Part shown: positions 62,922 to 64,000 of the stretch, piece after piece
Numbering within the stretch: position 1 is the first letter of the stretch
Layout of the letters: every line of letters begins with the position of its first letter
Assembly: GCF_000738915.1 (NCBI RefSeq)
Contig: NW_026515638.1
Coordinates: 270,882 to 334,881 of the forward strand
DNA from: Nematocida ausubeli
Lineage: Eukaryota
Length of the DNA stretch: 64,000 bases
Direction: 5' to 3'
Made by a program: the position numbers and the translations under genes
The notes under the pieces: model-generated
The model's input: only the letters and a program-made list of their open reading frames with translations
The model's database searches: none
What the model was told of the DNA's origin: nothing

Positions 62922-63872
62922 ATGGCAGTAAGAAAGACACAAAACAAGAAAGAAGAAACAAATATTAAGAAACAGGAGGAGACTCATGCAGAGGAAGCTT
63001 CTAAGACAGTAGACTCCGAGGAGCAGACTGTGTCCGAGAACACCAGCAACGACTCAGCAGAAGACGCAACTGAGTCCCCAACTGAAACCGGATCCGAAGA
63101 GGAGCAAGAGTCGGGCTCTGGATCCGAGGAAGAGTCTGAGGAGTCTGTTAAGGAAGAGAAGAAGGAGGAGCCAGAAGAGACCAAGGATGAGAGAACAATC
63201 TTCATCAAGGGACTTAACTTCAGCGCCACAGAAGACGAATTAAAGGAGCTGTTCGGCCAGTTCGGAGAAATCGTCGAGGTGAGAATCCCAAGAAGCAGAG
63301 ATGGGCCAGGCGGCAAAGGCTTTGGATACGTTGAGTTTGAGAGCAAGGAGGCATGCGAGAAGAGCAGAAGCTTAAACGGAACCGACTACAATGGAAGAAC
63401 CATCGTTGTAGACATGGCCAGATCTGGACAGAAGGGAGGAGCTGCAGGAACAGAAGGCAGAGTTTTCAACAAGACAGACGACAACACAGTTTTCCTAGGA
63501 AATATTCCATTTGACGTCGACCACGACGATCTATTAGCCCACCTAAAGACATACGCAGAGGTAACCCAGATCAGAATCCCAGAGGACAGAGAGACCGGAA
63601 GACCAAAAGGATTTGCATTTGCATCCTGCGAGACACCTGAGGAGGCACGTAAACTTATTAACTCAAACATAACTTACATGGATAGAGCAATCAGAGCTCA
63701 GCCCTCAGAGAGAAAGAACAACTCAGCACCAAGAGGCGGAAACTCATTTGGAAGAAGAGACAACAACTCATTTGGAAGAAGGGACAACTCTGACAGATCA
63801 TCTGGCTTTGGAAACAAGAGAGCATGGTCATCTGAGAACAGCAGCAACAAGAAACATGTGAAATTTGAATAA
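62922..63872 (+). CDS. NSR1: Nucleolin-like protein with an acidic N-terminus and two RRMs
   Basis: Ser/Glu-rich N-terminus, RRM1 (TIFIKGL...KGFGYVEF) and RRM2 (TVFLGNI...PEDRETGRPKGFAF). Confidence 0.85.
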   Translation: MAVRKTQNKKEETNIKKQEETHAEEASKTVDSEEQTVSENTSNDSAEDATESPTETGSEEEQESGSGSEEESEESVKEEKKEEPEETKDERTIFIKGLNFSATEDELKELFGQFGEIVEVRIPRSRDGPGGKGFGYVEFESKEACEKSRSLNGTDYNGRTIVVDMARSGQKGGAAGTEGRVFNKTDDNTVFLGNIPFDVDHDDLLAHLKTYAEVTQIRIPEDRETGRPKGFAFASCETPEEARKLINSNITYMDRAIRAQPSERKNNSAPRGGNSFGRRDNNSFGRRDNSDRSSGFGNKRAWSSENSSNKKHVKFE

Positions 63873-63882
63873 ATAATCGCAT

Positions 63883-63999
63883 CTATTTATTTTCTGGACG
63901 TAAGATATTCTTTTTTGTGCCTGCTTTTTCAAGCGAAAGAATAATTGGAATGGCGATAACTGTTACAGCGGTTAGCACTGAGGAAAGTATGCAGAGAAC
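63883..63999 (-). CDS. C-terminal end of a probable membrane protein entering from the right edge (partial)
   Basis: Open minus frame VLCILSSVLTAVTVIAIPIILSLEKAGTKKNILRPENK*, convergent on NSR1. Confidence 0.45.
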   Translation of the reverse strand, partial: VLCILSSVLTAVTVIAIPIILSLEKAGTKKNILRPENK

Positions 64000-64000
64000 G

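Noticed and set aside
1..64000. Spliceosomal introns, transposase/reverse transcriptase genes, rRNA
   Set aside because: All recognised genes read as continuous ORFs, and I saw no DDE, RT, integrase or rRNA signatures.

Overview
This is eukaryotic, apparently intron-free, AT-rich genomic DNA from a microsporidian, most likely Nematocida. That assignment is an inference from divergent compact housekeeping genes, CCC motifs just before several ATGs, very short intergenic gaps, and one intact plus one decayed gene resembling the Nematocida large gene family LGF1. The window holds about 30 protein genes. Recognisable ones are RPT3, a SulP-type transporter, SR-alpha, fidgetin-like 1, RAD50, CDK1, RPL25, NF-YB, CCT3, an SDR, an amino-acid transporter, an ABCG transporter, UBP15, OTU1, an M16 peptidase, CHK1, a second kinase, UTP4, RPS14, UBP14, LSm6, DIS3 and NSR1. 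There are also two tRNAs (Asn-GTT, Val-CAC) and one assembly gap (719-963). An accessory island at about 21-31 kb carries surface/secreted-protein genes, a pseudogene and a degenerate inverted repeat. The most notable unexplained signals are: (1) two oppositely oriented arrays of ~43-bp palindromic units bracketing RPL25; (2) a catalytically dead tandem copy of UBP14; (3) a secreted His/Pro/Ser-repeat protein missed by the ORF track; (4) a pair of mucin-like type II membrane paralogs that share a TATA-type promoter geometry with other secreted genes; (5) a recurrent intergenic ATATAACCCGAAT motif; (6) a SAS-4/TCP10-like domain protein and an MPP-beta-like peptidase, both unexpected in this reduced lineage. 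All family calls come from reading motifs by eye; no searches were run.
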